Source of the DNA: an uncultured Gemmatimonadales bacterium
GTDB lineage: Bacteria; Gemmatimonadota; Gemmatimonadetes; Longimicrobiales; RSA9
NCBI GenBank assembly: GCA_963798085.1
Contig: CAWCRS010000002.1
Location: 128,001-192,000, forward strand
Direction of reading: 5' to 3'
Length of the DNA stretch: 64,000 nt
A program made the position numbers and the translations under genes. The notes below the pieces were generated by a model that had not been told where the DNA came from, did no database searches, and saw only the letters and a list, made by a program, of their open reading frames with translations. Of the stretch, positions 41,886 through 54,903 are shown in pieces. The first letter of the stretch is position 1; every line of letters starts with the position of its first letter.

Positions 41886-42443
41886 ATGGCACAGCCTCGC
41901 TCCTTGTACTCGAAGCGCGCTCGCGGTATGCCCGAGACTGACATCCTCGAGCTGAACTGGGAGTTCTTCGGCGAGTTGTGCCGCGTGCTCGCAGTGCGGG
42001 TCGCAAGCGCCGGTTACCGCCCCGACGTGGTCGTCGGCATTGCCAAGGCCGGTGTCATTCCGGGCGCGGTGGTCGCCTCCATCCTGCGCTGCGATTTCCA
42101 TTCGCTGAAGATCAGCCGCGACAGTGCCGGCGCTCGCGTCCGCGCGCGCCCCCGCATCTTTTCCGCAGCACCCATGGAGGCCGCCGGCAAGCGCGTTCTC
42201 GTGGTCGACGAAATCTGCACCTCCGGCGACACCCTGCGCATCGCATTGAATGCGCTGCGCCAGGTGAATCCCGCCGAACTGAAAACCGCGACCAGCCTCG
42301 TCAAGGTCGGCGGTTATCGCCCCGACTTCTACGCCCTCGAAACCGCCGCCACTCCCATCTTCCCCTGGGACCGCCAGGTCATCGACGATTCCGGCAACGT
42401 CATCACGAATCCCGTGTACGCCGATCTCATTGAGGAAGCGTAG
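41886..42443 (+). CDS. Type I phosphoribosyltransferase family protein
   Basis: PDVVVGIAKAG, VLVVDEICTSGDTL, IFPWD (gpt-like). Confidence 0.85.
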   Translation: MAQPRSLYSKRARGMPETDILELNWEFFGELCRVLAVRVASAGYRPDVVVGIAKAGVIPGAVVASILRCDFHSLKISRDSAGARVRARPRIFSAAPMEAAGKRVLVVDEICTSGDTLRIALNALRQVNPAELKTATSLVKVGGYRPDFYALETAATPIFPWDRQVIDDSGNVITNPVYADLIEEA

Positions 42444-42461
42444 CGACGGATTCTCTCTGGG

Positions 42462-42789
42462 ACGGCGTTGCTGGGGCTGGGCTCGGGCTCGGTCGACGGA
42501 TCAACTGCGTTGCTGGCGCTCGTTGCTGGGGCTGGTTGCTCGGGAACGGACCACAGACCTGGAGTAACCACCGGTTAGACGAGCAGCAGTCGATTCAGGC
42601 AACGCCGATAGTAGCGTGGCGCACACCTGCGATGTGCGTGGCGGCGCAGCAAGGAACAACCGCATGTGGAGTGCTCAGCTACCTGTTAGTCGTTCCCGGG
42701 CAACCAGCCCCAGCAACCAGCGCGAGCAACGCCGTTCAATCCGTCCGATCCGTTCCCACCAACCAGCCCGAGCCCCAGCCCCAGCAACC
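42462..42789. repeat. Intergenic inverted-repeat element, locus B (two + units, spacer, two - units)
   Basis: 42504-42550 is a near-perfect reverse complement of 42690-42735; further units at 42462-42500 and 42749-42789. Confidence 0.8.
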
Positions 42790-42808
42790 GACGCCGCCAA
42801 CGGCGGCG

Positions 42809-42810
<2 letters not shown>
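42790..42810. terminator. GC hairpin at the gyrB 3' end
   Basis: GACGCCGCC-AAC-GGCGGCGTC, 9 bp perfect stem; no U-tract. Confidence 0.4.
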
Positions 42811-46299
<3,489 letters not shown>

Positions 46300-46371
46300 G
46301 GGAGACCGTGCGCAATCTACCAGCCGCGGGGCACAGCTACCAGAGCGCGACCTGGCGAGCGCCGCGCCCCC

Positions 46372-47157
46372 TCAACGTCCCTGGAAGCGCGCCGCACGCT
46401 TCTCCAGGAACGCCTGCATGCCTTCGCGCATGTCCTCCGTGCTCGCCAGCAGCCCGAACAGATCGGACTCCAGCCGCAGTGCGTTCTCCGTCGAGACGCT
46501 GGCCGCGTGATCCACGGACTCGAGTGCCAGTGCCAGTGCCACCGGCCCATTGGCCACGATGCGCGTCATGAGCGCGCTGGATTCGTCGCGCAGTGCCGCC
46601 GGCTCGACCACGCGATTCACAAGTCCGATGCGCCACGCCTCCTGCGCATCGATCATCTCGCCCGTGAGAATCAGCTCGAGCGCTCGACCGCGTCCCACCA
46701 CGCGCGGCAGCCGCACGGTCCCGCCATAGCCGGGGATAATCCCGAGTTTGACCTCCGGCAGGCCGAAGCGCGCGTTGCTCGAGGCCATGCGCAGGTGACA
46801 CGCCAGCGCCAGCTCCAGCCCGCCCCCCAGCGCGAACCCGTTCACCGCCGCCAGCACGGGCTTGCGCATCGTCTCCAGGAAGCGGAACGCGTCCTGGCCC
46901 TGGCGCGACACCTGCACGCCTGTTAGCGGGCCCATCGTGGCCAGCTCGCCAATGTCCGCGCCCGCCACGAACGCCTTCTCGCCGGCGCCCGTGAGGATGA
47001 CGCCACGCACGGCTGCATCCGCCGCCAGCGCGTGGAACGCCGCGCCCAGCTCGCCCACGATGGCCGCGTTCAGCGCGTTGAGCTTCTCCGGCCGGTTCAC
47101 CGTGACCCGCGCGATGCCGTCCGCAATCTCGACCCTGATCGCGTTGCCGTCCGTCAT
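46372..47157 (-). CDS. Enoyl-CoA hydratase (crotonase)
   Basis: NRPEKLNALN, AFVAGADI, GFALGGGLELA, GLPEVKLGIIPGYGG. Confidence 0.92.
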   Translation of the reverse strand: MTDGNAIRVEIADGIARVTVNRPEKLNALNAAIVGELGAAFHALAADAAVRGVILTGAGEKAFVAGADIGELATMGPLTGVQVSRQGQDAFRFLETMRKPVLAAVNGFALGGGLELALACHLRMASSNARFGLPEVKLGIIPGYGGTVRLPRVVGRGRALELILTGEMIDAQEAWRIGLVNRVVEPAALRDESSALMTRIVANGPVALALALESVDHAASVSTENALRLESDLFGLLASTEDMREGMQAFLEKRAARFQGR

Positions 47158-47244
47158 GCTCGCCCACCGTTTCGGTTGTTGTCTGGAAATGTCGTGTTTA
47201 TCACGCGCCAGCCTGTCCGCCTCGCGCGCCCCCGGAAGCGCGCG

Positions 47245-49857
47245 TCAGCGCGCCCCGCCCGTGCCGCGCACGATGCCTTCGACAATGCGCGTGCGGTCGA
47301 ACCAGTGCGCCGCCGCGTCGCGGATGCGCTCGGGTGTCACCGCGCTGACGCGGGCTTCGAACTCACGGATCTCGCGGAGTCCCGACCCGAACATGAGCGC
47401 GGCGCCCAGCTCCGCCATGCGCGCGCCATTGCTCTGCAGCGCGATCTGGCGACTGCCGATCAGGTAGCTGCGCGCACGCACCACGTCGGCTTCGGGCAGC
47501 AGCGCCTCGGCCAGCCGGCACAGCTCCGCGACCAGTGCCTGCCTCGCCTCATCCTCGCGCTCCGGCGACGTAGCAATGTAAGCGACGAACGCGCCGGCGC
47601 GCGGCCATGCGAACGGATACGCCGCCACCGTGTACGCCAGCGACCGCCGGCTGCGCAGCTCCTCGAACAGCCTGCCACCCAATCCGCCTATGGCCGCCGA
47701 CAACACGCGCAGCGCATCCGCGTCCGGATGGTTGCGATCCGGTCCCGGGAACCCGAGCACCAGTGCCGTCTGAGCCGTGCGCCTCTCGATCACGTTCTGC
47801 CGGGGACCATCCGGCCAGCGGACTGGCGCGGGTGTGCCCGGTGTTTCGCTGCTCGCCCCCGCAAAGCGGGCCGCCACCATTTCTGCCGCCGCATCCGCAT
47901 CGACATCGCCCACGACCAGGACGAGTGGCGCGCGCTCCCGTACCACGCGCCCGTGCCAGTCTGCCATTGCGTCGCGTGCCGCATTGCGCAGAAACGATTC
48001 GATCGCCTGCAGCGATTGCCCGTAGGCATCGCCGGCGAATGCGGTCTCCAGGAAGAGGCGCTGCGGGAACCGGCCCATATCATCGCGCAGCAGCTGTATC
48101 TCGCTCAACGCAGCGCTTCGCTCGCGCTCCAGCTCGGCCTGCGGAAACACCGGCTCGTACACAATGTCCGCCAGCAGGCCCAGCCCTGCCTCCAGATGGC
48201 GGGACGGCAGGGAGAGCATCCATTGCAGCGTATCGGGCGCTACTGCCGGCAGCAGTGCGCCGCCCAGCGATTCGATCGCCTCCGCCAGCACCGCGGCCGA
48301 GCGCGTCGCCGTCCCCTTGATGGTCGTTCTCGCCATGAGCGACGTGAGTCCGGCGCTGGCCTCGTTTTCCTCGTTGCCGCCACCCGCGAAGCACACGGCC
48401 ACGGAGACCAGCGGCACTTCCCGCCTGGGCAGCACGACGGCGCGCAGGTTCGCCGCCTCGTAGAAGTGCACGCCGTCTTCTTCCAAACGTCCTGTTAGGG
48501 GACGACGACGCGCTTCCCGTGCCGGCGCCACTTCGTCCTCGGCCGGCGGCGTCCACGGCATCACTGCGCGCTGCGCGCTCCACGCGACGGCCGGCTCCGA
48601 CGCCGGCCGGTAGACCAGCACGGACGCGTGATCCGGATCCAGCCACTGCTGCAGCACGCGCGCCAGATCGTCGCGGCCCGCCGTCATCAGCTGGTCCCAG
48701 TACATCGCGAAGAGCCGCCAGTCGCCTTCCGCCTGCCATTCCGCGAGCAGCGACGCCTGGCCTTCCACCGTCTCGAAGCGGCGCACCATCCTCGCCTCGA
48801 AGATGTTGCGTGCCCGGTGCAGCTCGCGCAGCGTCGGCGGTTCAGCGCGCGCGGCCTGGAGCACACCAAGCGTCGCATCCAGCGCACGCTCCGCATCGGC
48901 GGGCGGCGTCACTGCGCTGATACCGAACACGCCCAGATCACGGGGCGAGTAATTGGACGCGCCGATCTCGGTCGCATGACCGCACTCGCGCACACCGCGG
49001 TACAGCCTCGCCGCCCGCCCCTGACCCAGTGCCGAGGCCGCCAGGTCCAGCAGTGCTGTGTCCGCGTGCAGCGCGCCGGGCGTGCGCCAGCCCCATTCCA
49101 CGTGCGTCTGCCGGATATCACCCGACAGGTCGCGGAACCGGAAGTCGTCGTGCGCGGGCTCCGGCGGTCCGGGCGTGCGCTCCGGCGGGTCCGCCGGCAT
49201 GTCGCCGTAGTACTGCTCGACCAGCGCGAACGTGTGCTCCGCCCGGACATCGCCGGCAATGCATAACACGATGTTTGGAGCGCGGTAGAGCTGCTGGTAG
49301 AAGCGCAGCACGTGCGCGCGCGTGAACCCCGACAGCACCGCCTCCGTGCCAATGCGCCAGCGGCGCATGCGGTGGGCATCGAACATGATCTCGTACAGGG
49401 TTTCCCGGGCCACGGCGCCCGGCGAGTCCAGCTTGCGCCTGGCCTCCTGAATGATCACGCGCAGCTCGCGCTCCAGCTCGCCCGCATCGATCACGGAATT
49501 GCGCAGCGCGTCCGACTGGATGTCCAGCGCCTGCTGCAGCGCGGCCGACGGCACCACCGTGTAGTAGGACGTGTGATCGTAGATGGTGCCGGCATTGAGG
49601 TACCCGCCCAGCGCCTTCGTTTCCCTGCCAATGTCGCCGGGACCCCGCCGGGCCGTGCCCTTGAAGAACATGTGCTCCAGCACGTGACTGATGCCGGCCA
49701 GCGCATCAGGCTCATCGAAGTAGCCGGCGTTCACGTGCGTCACCACCGCGACGACGGGCGCCCTGCGATCCTCCGCCACCAGCACGGTGAGACCGTTCGG
49801 CAGACGCCGCTCATGCACGACGGAGCGCAGCGGAAACCCGCGATCCCCGTCACTCAT
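47245..49857 (-). CDS. M16 (pitrilysin) family zinc peptidase, two-half fused form
   Basis: SHVLEHMFFKGT; C-terminal half RLFEELR...LAY. Confidence 0.92.
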   Translation of the reverse strand: MSDGDRGFPLRSVVHERRLPNGLTVLVAEDRRAPVVAVVTHVNAGYFDEPDALAGISHVLEHMFFKGTARRGPGDIGRETKALGGYLNAGTIYDHTSYYTVVPSAALQQALDIQSDALRNSVIDAGELERELRVIIQEARRKLDSPGAVARETLYEIMFDAHRMRRWRIGTEAVLSGFTRAHVLRFYQQLYRAPNIVLCIAGDVRAEHTFALVEQYYGDMPADPPERTPGPPEPAHDDFRFRDLSGDIRQTHVEWGWRTPGALHADTALLDLAASALGQGRAARLYRGVRECGHATEIGASNYSPRDLGVFGISAVTPPADAERALDATLGVLQAARAEPPTLRELHRARNIFEARMVRRFETVEGQASLLAEWQAEGDWRLFAMYWDQLMTAGRDDLARVLQQWLDPDHASVLVYRPASEPAVAWSAQRAVMPWTPPAEDEVAPAREARRRPLTGRLEEDGVHFYEAANLRAVVLPRREVPLVSVAVCFAGGGNEENEASAGLTSLMARTTIKGTATRSAAVLAEAIESLGGALLPAVAPDTLQWMLSLPSRHLEAGLGLLADIVYEPVFPQAELERERSAALSEIQLLRDDMGRFPQRLFLETAFAGDAYGQSLQAIESFLRNAARDAMADWHGRVVRERAPLVLVVGDVDADAAAEMVAARFAGASSETPGTPAPVRWPDGPRQNVIERRTAQTALVLGFPGPDRNHPDADALRVLSAAIGGLGGRLFEELRSRRSLAYTVAAYPFAWPRAGAFVAYIATSPEREDEARQALVAELCRLAEALLPEADVVRARSYLIGSRQIALQSNGARMAELGAALMFGSGLREIREFEARVSAVTPERIRDAAAHWFDRTRIVEGIVRGTGGAR

Positions 49858-49979
49858 TCCTTCGACCCGACCATATGTCTGACGCCTCGCTCGTTCGACA
49901 GTGCGCCCGAGGTTACGACCCACCCACCCGCCGCGGCAACCCGCGACGCGCAGGCCTCGTCCCACCTATATTCTTCCGC

Positions 49980-50768
49980 ATGAACCTGCCCGGCCCGCGA
50001 CCTCTCGTCGGTATGGTGCACCTGCTGCCGCTGCCCGGCGCGCCGCGCTGGGCCGGCTCCATGCGCACGGTCATCGATCGCGCACTCGCGGATGCCGGGC
50101 TGCTCGAGCAGGCCGGATTCCAGGCGCTGCTCATCGAGAACTTCGGCGATGCGCCGTTCTTCCCGTCGCGTGTGCCCGCCGAAACCGTGGCGGCCATGGG
50201 CGTGGTCATCCACGAGATCCGCCGCACCGTGCCGCTGCCCGCGGGCGTCAACGTGTTGCGCAACGACGCGCGCGCAGCGCTCGCCATTGCCGCGGCCACG
50301 GGCGCCGAGTTCATGCGCGTGAACGTGCACTCGGGCGCGCTGCTCACGGACCAGGGCTGGATTCGCGGACGCGCGTACCACACACTGCGCATGCGTGCCC
50401 GCCTCGGGCTGCAGTGCGGCATCGTCGCCAATGTCGCGGTCAAACACGCGATTCTGCCACCGGGCCACGACATCGCGGCCGAGGCACGCGACGCGCGCGA
50501 TCGCGGCCTGGCCAATGCGCTCATCGTGTCCGGGCCCGCCACAGGCCAGCCGCCTGATCCCGCGCACCTGCTCGCGGTGCGCCGTGCCACTGCGGGCACG
50601 CCCCTGTGGATCGGCAGTGGCCTCGACTGCGACAACGTGGCCAGCCTGCTGCCACTCTGCGATGGCGCCATAGTGGGCAGCACGCTGCAGAAAGACGGCG
50701 TCGCCGGAAGCGGCGTCGAGGCTGAGCGGGCGCAGCGCTTCATCAACGCCGTGCGCGCCCTCCCTTGA
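49980..50768 (+). CDS. BtpA/SgcQ family protein
   Basis: GMVHLLPLPG, IENFGDAPF, GVNVLRND, VKH, DGAIVGS. Confidence 0.92.
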   Translation: MNLPGPRPLVGMVHLLPLPGAPRWAGSMRTVIDRALADAGLLEQAGFQALLIENFGDAPFFPSRVPAETVAAMGVVIHEIRRTVPLPAGVNVLRNDARAALAIAAATGAEFMRVNVHSGALLTDQGWIRGRAYHTLRMRARLGLQCGIVANVAVKHAILPPGHDIAAEARDARDRGLANALIVSGPATGQPPDPAHLLAVRRATAGTPLWIGSGLDCDNVASLLPLCDGAIVGSTLQKDGVAGSGVEAERAQRFINAVRALP

Positions 50769-50838
50769 CCCACGACTCGCCTTGCCGTGCACGCGAGGCG
50801 CACGGCATCGTTCCGGTTCACTCGCTCGGAGAGCACGC

Positions 50839-51696
50839 ATGCTGGTTTACCTGAATGGCAGTTTCATTGACCACGCCGGGGCGCGCGTCTCCATTGACGA
50901 CCGCGGCTTCCTCTTTGCCGATGGCATCTATGAAGTGATCCGCGTGTACGGTGGCCGGCCGTTCCTCCCCGAGGATCACATCGGCCGCCTGCAGCGCGGC
51001 CTCGCCGCCATTCGCATTGACCCCGGCGCAGCGGAGGGCATCGTGCAGATCGCGGAGCGACTGCTCGCGGAGAATGAGCTGCGCGAACACAATGCCATCA
51101 TCTACATCCAGGTCACGCGCGGCGAGGCGCCTCGCAAGCACGCGTTTCCGGAGCCCGGCACGAAGCCGACCATCTACGTATCCACGAAACCGTTCCCGCG
51201 ACCGGCCGCCGAGCATTTCGCGCACGGCGTACCGGTCATCACCGTGCCCGACACGCGCTGGAGCCGCTGCGACATCAAGTCGGTGGCACTGCTGCCCAAT
51301 GTCCTCGCCAACCAGCAGGCGAAGGAGGCGGGCGCGTTCGAAGCCATATTCGTGCGCGACGGCGTGCTCATCGAAGCGTCCCATTCGAATTTCATGGGCG
51401 TGATCGGCGGTGCTGTGGTCACCTATCCGGAGTGCAACTACATACTCGGCGGCATCACGCGGCGCTTCGTGCTCGAGCTGGCAGGCGAACTCGGTATGCG
51501 CACGCGCGAGGCGCCGATTCTGCTCGAACGCTTCAATGACATCGAGGAGCTGTTCCTGACCGGAACCACCACGGAGATCATGCCCATTACACGTCTGGAT
51601 GGCAGGCCCGTGGGAGAAGGTCGAGTGGGTGAGATCGCGCGTCGCCTGCAGCAGGCCTACTACGAGGCCGCCCTCGCCGCCACGGCCGGGCGCTGA
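50839..51696 (+). CDS. dat: D-amino-acid aminotransferase (class IV PLP enzyme)
   Basis: DDRGFLFADGIYEV, IYIQVTRG, RCDIKSVALLPNVL, ILGGITR. Confidence 0.85.
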   Translation: MLVYLNGSFIDHAGARVSIDDRGFLFADGIYEVIRVYGGRPFLPEDHIGRLQRGLAAIRIDPGAAEGIVQIAERLLAENELREHNAIIYIQVTRGEAPRKHAFPEPGTKPTIYVSTKPFPRPAAEHFAHGVPVITVPDTRWSRCDIKSVALLPNVLANQQAKEAGAFEAIFVRDGVLIEASHSNFMGVIGGAVVTYPECNYILGGITRRFVLELAGELGMRTREAPILLERFNDIEELFLTGTTTEIMPITRLDGRPVGEGRVGEIARRLQQAYYEAALAATAGR

Positions 51697-51767
51697 CACG
51701 GAGCGCCATGGACGGGGCTCGTGACAATGGCTAATTTTCCGGCGTACTCCAACCGCGGCAGGAATCC

Positions 51768-52223
51768 ATGAGTCGTTCCCTGAACAAGGTCATGCTCATC
51801 GGCAACGTCGGCAACGAACCCGACGTGCGTACCGTGCCGTCCGGCGTGAAGGTGGCCAAGATCTCGCTTGCCACGAATCGTACGTGGAATGATCGCAACG
51901 GGCAGACCCAGGAAAAAACCGAGTGGCACCGGCTCAACTTCTGGGACCGGCTCGCCGACCTCGTCGAGCAGTACGTGCACAAGGGAGACCGCCTCTACGT
52001 CGAGGGACGCATCGAGTATTCGCAGTCCCAGGACGATCAGGGCAACGTCCGCTACTTCACCGACATTCGCGTCACCGAAATGGTGATGCTCGGCGGCCAG
52101 TCCGGCGGCGGCATGGCGGCAGGCATGGATTCCTCCGCGCCTCGCCGCGCGCGCCAGCCGGCTTCGCCTGCACCACAGGCCGCATCGCCATTCGATTCGG
52201 AGGATGACGACCTGCCGTTCTGA
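51768..52223 (+). CDS. ssb: Single-stranded DNA-binding protein
   Basis: SLNKVMLIGN, TEWHR, KGDRLYVEGR, C-terminal DDDLPF. Confidence 0.97.
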   Translation: MSRSLNKVMLIGNVGNEPDVRTVPSGVKVAKISLATNRTWNDRNGQTQEKTEWHRLNFWDRLADLVEQYVHKGDRLYVEGRIEYSQSQDDQGNVRYFTDIRVTEMVMLGGQSGGGMAAGMDSSAPRRARQPASPAPQAASPFDSEDDDLPF

Positions 52224-52231
52224 AATGCGAA

Positions 52232-52254
52232 AGCCGGGTCCGTGCGACCCGGCT
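52232..52254. terminator. Hairpin between convergent genes after ssb
   Basis: AGCCGGGTC-CGTGC-GACCCGGCT with AAA on the left (short U-tract for the minus strand). Confidence 0.55.
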
Positions 52255-52284
52255 CGTTCAGGTTCGGCGCCCGGCCGGCCTGCC

Positions 52285-52542
52285 TCAGGGCAGGGCCGGC
52301 CGTGACTTTGCCGCTTGCCTCTCCGGCGGCAACGGCACCTGCTCGATCACTTCCAGTTCCTCCGGCGCGAACACACGCGTCTCCTCTTCACCGTCGAGCA
52401 TCACACCGAGTCGGCTCGCCTCGTAGTCGCTGGCCCACACGACCGTGCCCATGCGCCCGATCAGCGCCGGATCCTGTGGAATCGTCGAAAACATCACACG
52501 CACCCGCGTGCCCTCTGGCAGACGCGCCATCTCGATCGCCAT
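52285..52542 (-). CDS. Small hypothetical protein (SH3-like beta pattern)
   Basis: GAGG RBS; LPEGTRVRV...IGRMGTVV...LGVMLDG...FAPEELEV. Confidence 0.65.
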   Translation of the reverse strand: MAIEMARLPEGTRVRVMFSTIPQDPALIGRMGTVVWASDYEASRLGVMLDGEEETRVFAPEELEVIEQVPLPPERQAAKSRPALP

Positions 52543-52656
52543 TACCTCATGCCTCCTTCGTGTCCGCCCGTCCGAGCCCTGCGCGTGAGCCTCTCTTGCA
52601 CCGGCTCCGACCCGGTCTATATTGCCGCCCGTCGCCACAACACAGGAATCGTGACC

Positions 52657-52893
52657 ATGGATTCGTCGCCGCCACAGAACACCGTCGCACTGGGCGCAGG
52701 CTTCGGCGTCGGCCTGCTCTGGCTGCTGATGTCCGCGACCTCGCTCTGGAGTTCGGTGCGCGGCTTCTCGAATCAGCGCTCCGACTGGGGCATCGCCTGG
52801 GGACTCGTCGGGATCCTGCTCGCCGCTGCCGGCATCGGCGCCATGGTCGGTACCTGGTGGAATCTCACACGCAACGTGGAAAGCGACCACTGA
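52657..52893 (+). CDS. Small two-TM membrane protein
   Basis: AGGA RBS; two hydrophobic helices. Confidence 0.6.
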   Translation: MDSSPPQNTVALGAGFGVGLLWLLMSATSLWSSVRGFSNQRSDWGIAWGLVGILLAAAGIGAMVGTWWNLTRNVESDH

Positions 52894-52897
52894 AGCG

Positions 52898-53329
52898 TCA
52901 CGTCGCTTCTTTCCAGAAGCCCAGCAGCTCGTCGTCGTAGCGCCCGGGCGAGCGGCGATACGACGCGACCCACTCCTCGAAGTCCGGCAGCGGCACTGTA
53001 GACGCGAGTACTTCCGTCACGCGCTCCACGATCCAGCGAAACGACTCCACCGGCTCGGCATCGCGCGCCCATGGCGCAGCCGTATCCACTGCGGCCCCTG
53101 ATGCGACAATGGCGCCGCGCGGCACGGTTGTCCGTTCGCGCGACGCCTGCTGCGCAAGCTCGTAGATCTCGTCCGGCGTCAACTGAAGGAACCGCTCCGC
53201 GATTCGCGCTGAACACCAGTCGAGATACTTGGCTCGCAGAACCCGATCGTCACTGGCGCTCGGGCCAACGGCCCGCGCCCCATCCGAATCGGAGAATGAT
53301 CTCTCCACTCCAGGTGACGGTTTCGCCAT
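52898..53329 (-). CDS. Hypothetical protein (stand-alone PLPxFExW domain)
   Basis: LRAKY...PLPDFEEWVASY...P..Y; similar to C-terminal half of 54157-54903. Confidence 0.7.
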   Translation of the reverse strand: MAKPSPGVERSFSDSDGARAVGPSASDDRVLRAKYLDWCSARIAERFLQLTPDEIYELAQQASRERTTVPRGAIVASGAAVDTAAPWARDAEPVESFRWIVERVTEVLASTVPLPDFEEWVASYRRSPGRYDDELLGFWKEAT

Positions 53330-53420
53330 GGTGCCGGGGACGTCGGACCGCTCGACTCGCCCGACGTGACCGCCCCCGCCCATTGACTTCCTCTCAACCT
53401 GCCCCGCCCCACCTCCAGCG

Positions 53421-53621
53421 TCAAGCCTCGCCGGATCCCAGCCCCTCACGTTCCACAGCCTCTTCTCGCGCCGTCAGATGATCGAATATCGTTCGTCGCG
53501 CAACCGCGTATGTCAGTATCCGTGACAACATCTCCGGATCCCGACGCTGTACCTCCTCCACGGCCACCGCTACCGGCCTCGGTAGCTGCACACGCAGTTC
53601 GACGGCGCAAGTATCCCACAT
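53421..53621 (-). CDS. Small protein, possible ribbon-helix-helix DNA-binding fold
   Basis: VELRVQLP strand, RPVAVAVEEVQ helix, MLSRILTYAVARR helix; GAAGG RBS. Confidence 0.55.
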   Translation of the reverse strand: MWDTCAVELRVQLPRPVAVAVEEVQRRDPEMLSRILTYAVARRTIFDHLTAREEAVEREGLGSGEA

Positions 53622-53785
53622 AGGCCTTCGCTCAGGACCTCTCTCGTGTTGTAGCTTGGTTGTTTATCGCAAGGTGGGCGGCGGCTCGATCCGATCGTCC
53701 GCGTCACCGCTTCGTTCGTCCGCAAGCGCCGCCCAAAATACGCGGCACACTCTCATGCGTCAAGCGTTCTCGTAACCGCAACGCC

Positions 53786-53799
53786 TGTAACTCGTTACA
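53786..53799. promoter_or_regulatory. Palindromic candidate operator
   Basis: TGTAAC-TC-GTTACA in an AT-richer divergent intergenic region. Confidence 0.4.
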
Positions 53800-54025
53800 C
53801 GTATCTCATTGCGACGACACAACTTGCAGCATCGCCCGCCCAGCCGCTGTGACACAAAAGTGCACTGTTCCTTGACTTGCGAAACGGATGGTTTGATGCA
53901 CCCAAACGCCCATGGGAACTCATACTTCACTCGCAGCAATGCACGAAAAACACATCGTGATGATGCCCGTGTTTCTGCAATTCCCGCGTTCGCGCGCACT
54001 GCGCGAATGCACGCAGATTCTGCGC

Positions 54026-54054
54026 TTGACGCTCCCCGGAGCAGCCATTACCGT
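54026..54054 (+). promoter_or_regulatory. Sigma70-type promoter
   Basis: TTGACG, 17 nt spacer, TACCGT. Confidence 0.55.
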
Positions 54055-54067
54055 GGGACACGCTTGA

Positions 54068-54156
54068 GGGTGGTTGAGCGGATCTCACGGATCTCGACGA
54101 GAGCCGTCCTCGAGTCCGATCGATCGTTCCTCCGCTCGAGCCCGACGGAGGAATCG
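54068..54156 (+). promoter_or_regulatory. Structured 5' leader with mutually exclusive anti-SD pairing
   Basis: Stem 54074-82/54131-39 competes with stem 54127-34/54146-53, which covers the SD. Confidence 0.45.
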
Positions 54157-54903
54157 ATGCGCCCGCCGACGCATCCCGACAATCCCGCGACGACCCCGTT
54201 ACCGTATGGTCCCGAGGCCGGCATCACGCGTTCGCGTTGCCGGTCGTTCTGCTTTCTGGAAAAAGAAGGTGCGCGCTGGACCGCGTTCCTCATCACGTAT
54301 CAGCGCGTGGATGGGCACTGGCGAGGCTACTTCTCGTTCCGCGGCGCGTCCGACGCACAGGCTGAATTGTCCGAAGTGCGCACTGCGGATCTCTTCATCG
54401 AGCCTTCGGAAGAGGAAGTCGATGCGCGCGCGCGCGGCCTGGGCCGACCGCTGGTCATGGCGCTGCTGGAATCCGCGCTCGAGACCCAGGCGAAGCGGCG
54501 CGACGACTCACCCGACATGCAGCGCTGGTTCCGGGAGCTGCTGCGTCGCACATCAGCGGATCGACTGCGTTCCGGCGTGGTGCCGGACATCCCCGGCGGC
54601 GCACCGCTCTCCCTGCCGCAGCTGCGCTCGCTGTACGCATCGTACCGGCTGGACCAGGTGGCGCACCTCATCGCGCTGCTCGAGGCCGAGGACTTCCGCG
54701 AGCTCGTGGAATTGCGCCTCGAAGGCCGCCGCATCGATTTCCATTCACGCGACCGCTTTCAGCTCGCGATGACCATCGTACAGGACCTCGAGCGACGGCT
54801 GCCGCTGCCGCCCTTCGAGATCTGGGTGGAGGACTACCTCGCGCACCCTGAGGAGTACCGCCGTTATTCGCAGGTGCTGCATCGCGCCAGCGATCTGCCG
54901 TGA
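54157..54903 (+). CDS. Two-domain hypothetical protein
   Basis: GGAGG RBS; N-domain resembles 20840-21060, C-domain resembles 52898-53329. Confidence 0.75.
   Translation: MRPPTHPDNPATTPLPYGPEAGITRSRCRSFCFLEKEGARWTAFLITYQRVDGHWRGYFSFRGASDAQAELSEVRTADLFIEPSEEEVDARARGLGRPLVMALLESALETQAKRRDDSPDMQRWFRELLRRTSADRLRSGVVPDIPGGAPLSLPQLRSLYASYRLDQVAHLIALLEAEDFRELVELRLEGRRIDFHSRDRFQLAMTIVQDLERRLPLPPFEIWVEDYLAHPEEYRRYSQVLHRASDLP

Noticed and set aside
42462..42789. CRISPR array interpretation of the repeats
   Set aside because: Units are degenerate, variable in length and inverted, with no regular spacers and no cas genes
51709..51737. TGGACG-17-TAATTT promoter-like site before ssb
   Set aside because: Plausible but too weak a match to report as a feature
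53622..54025. AT-richer region as oriC
   Set aside because: No TTATCCACA-like DnaA box cluster or unwinding element seen
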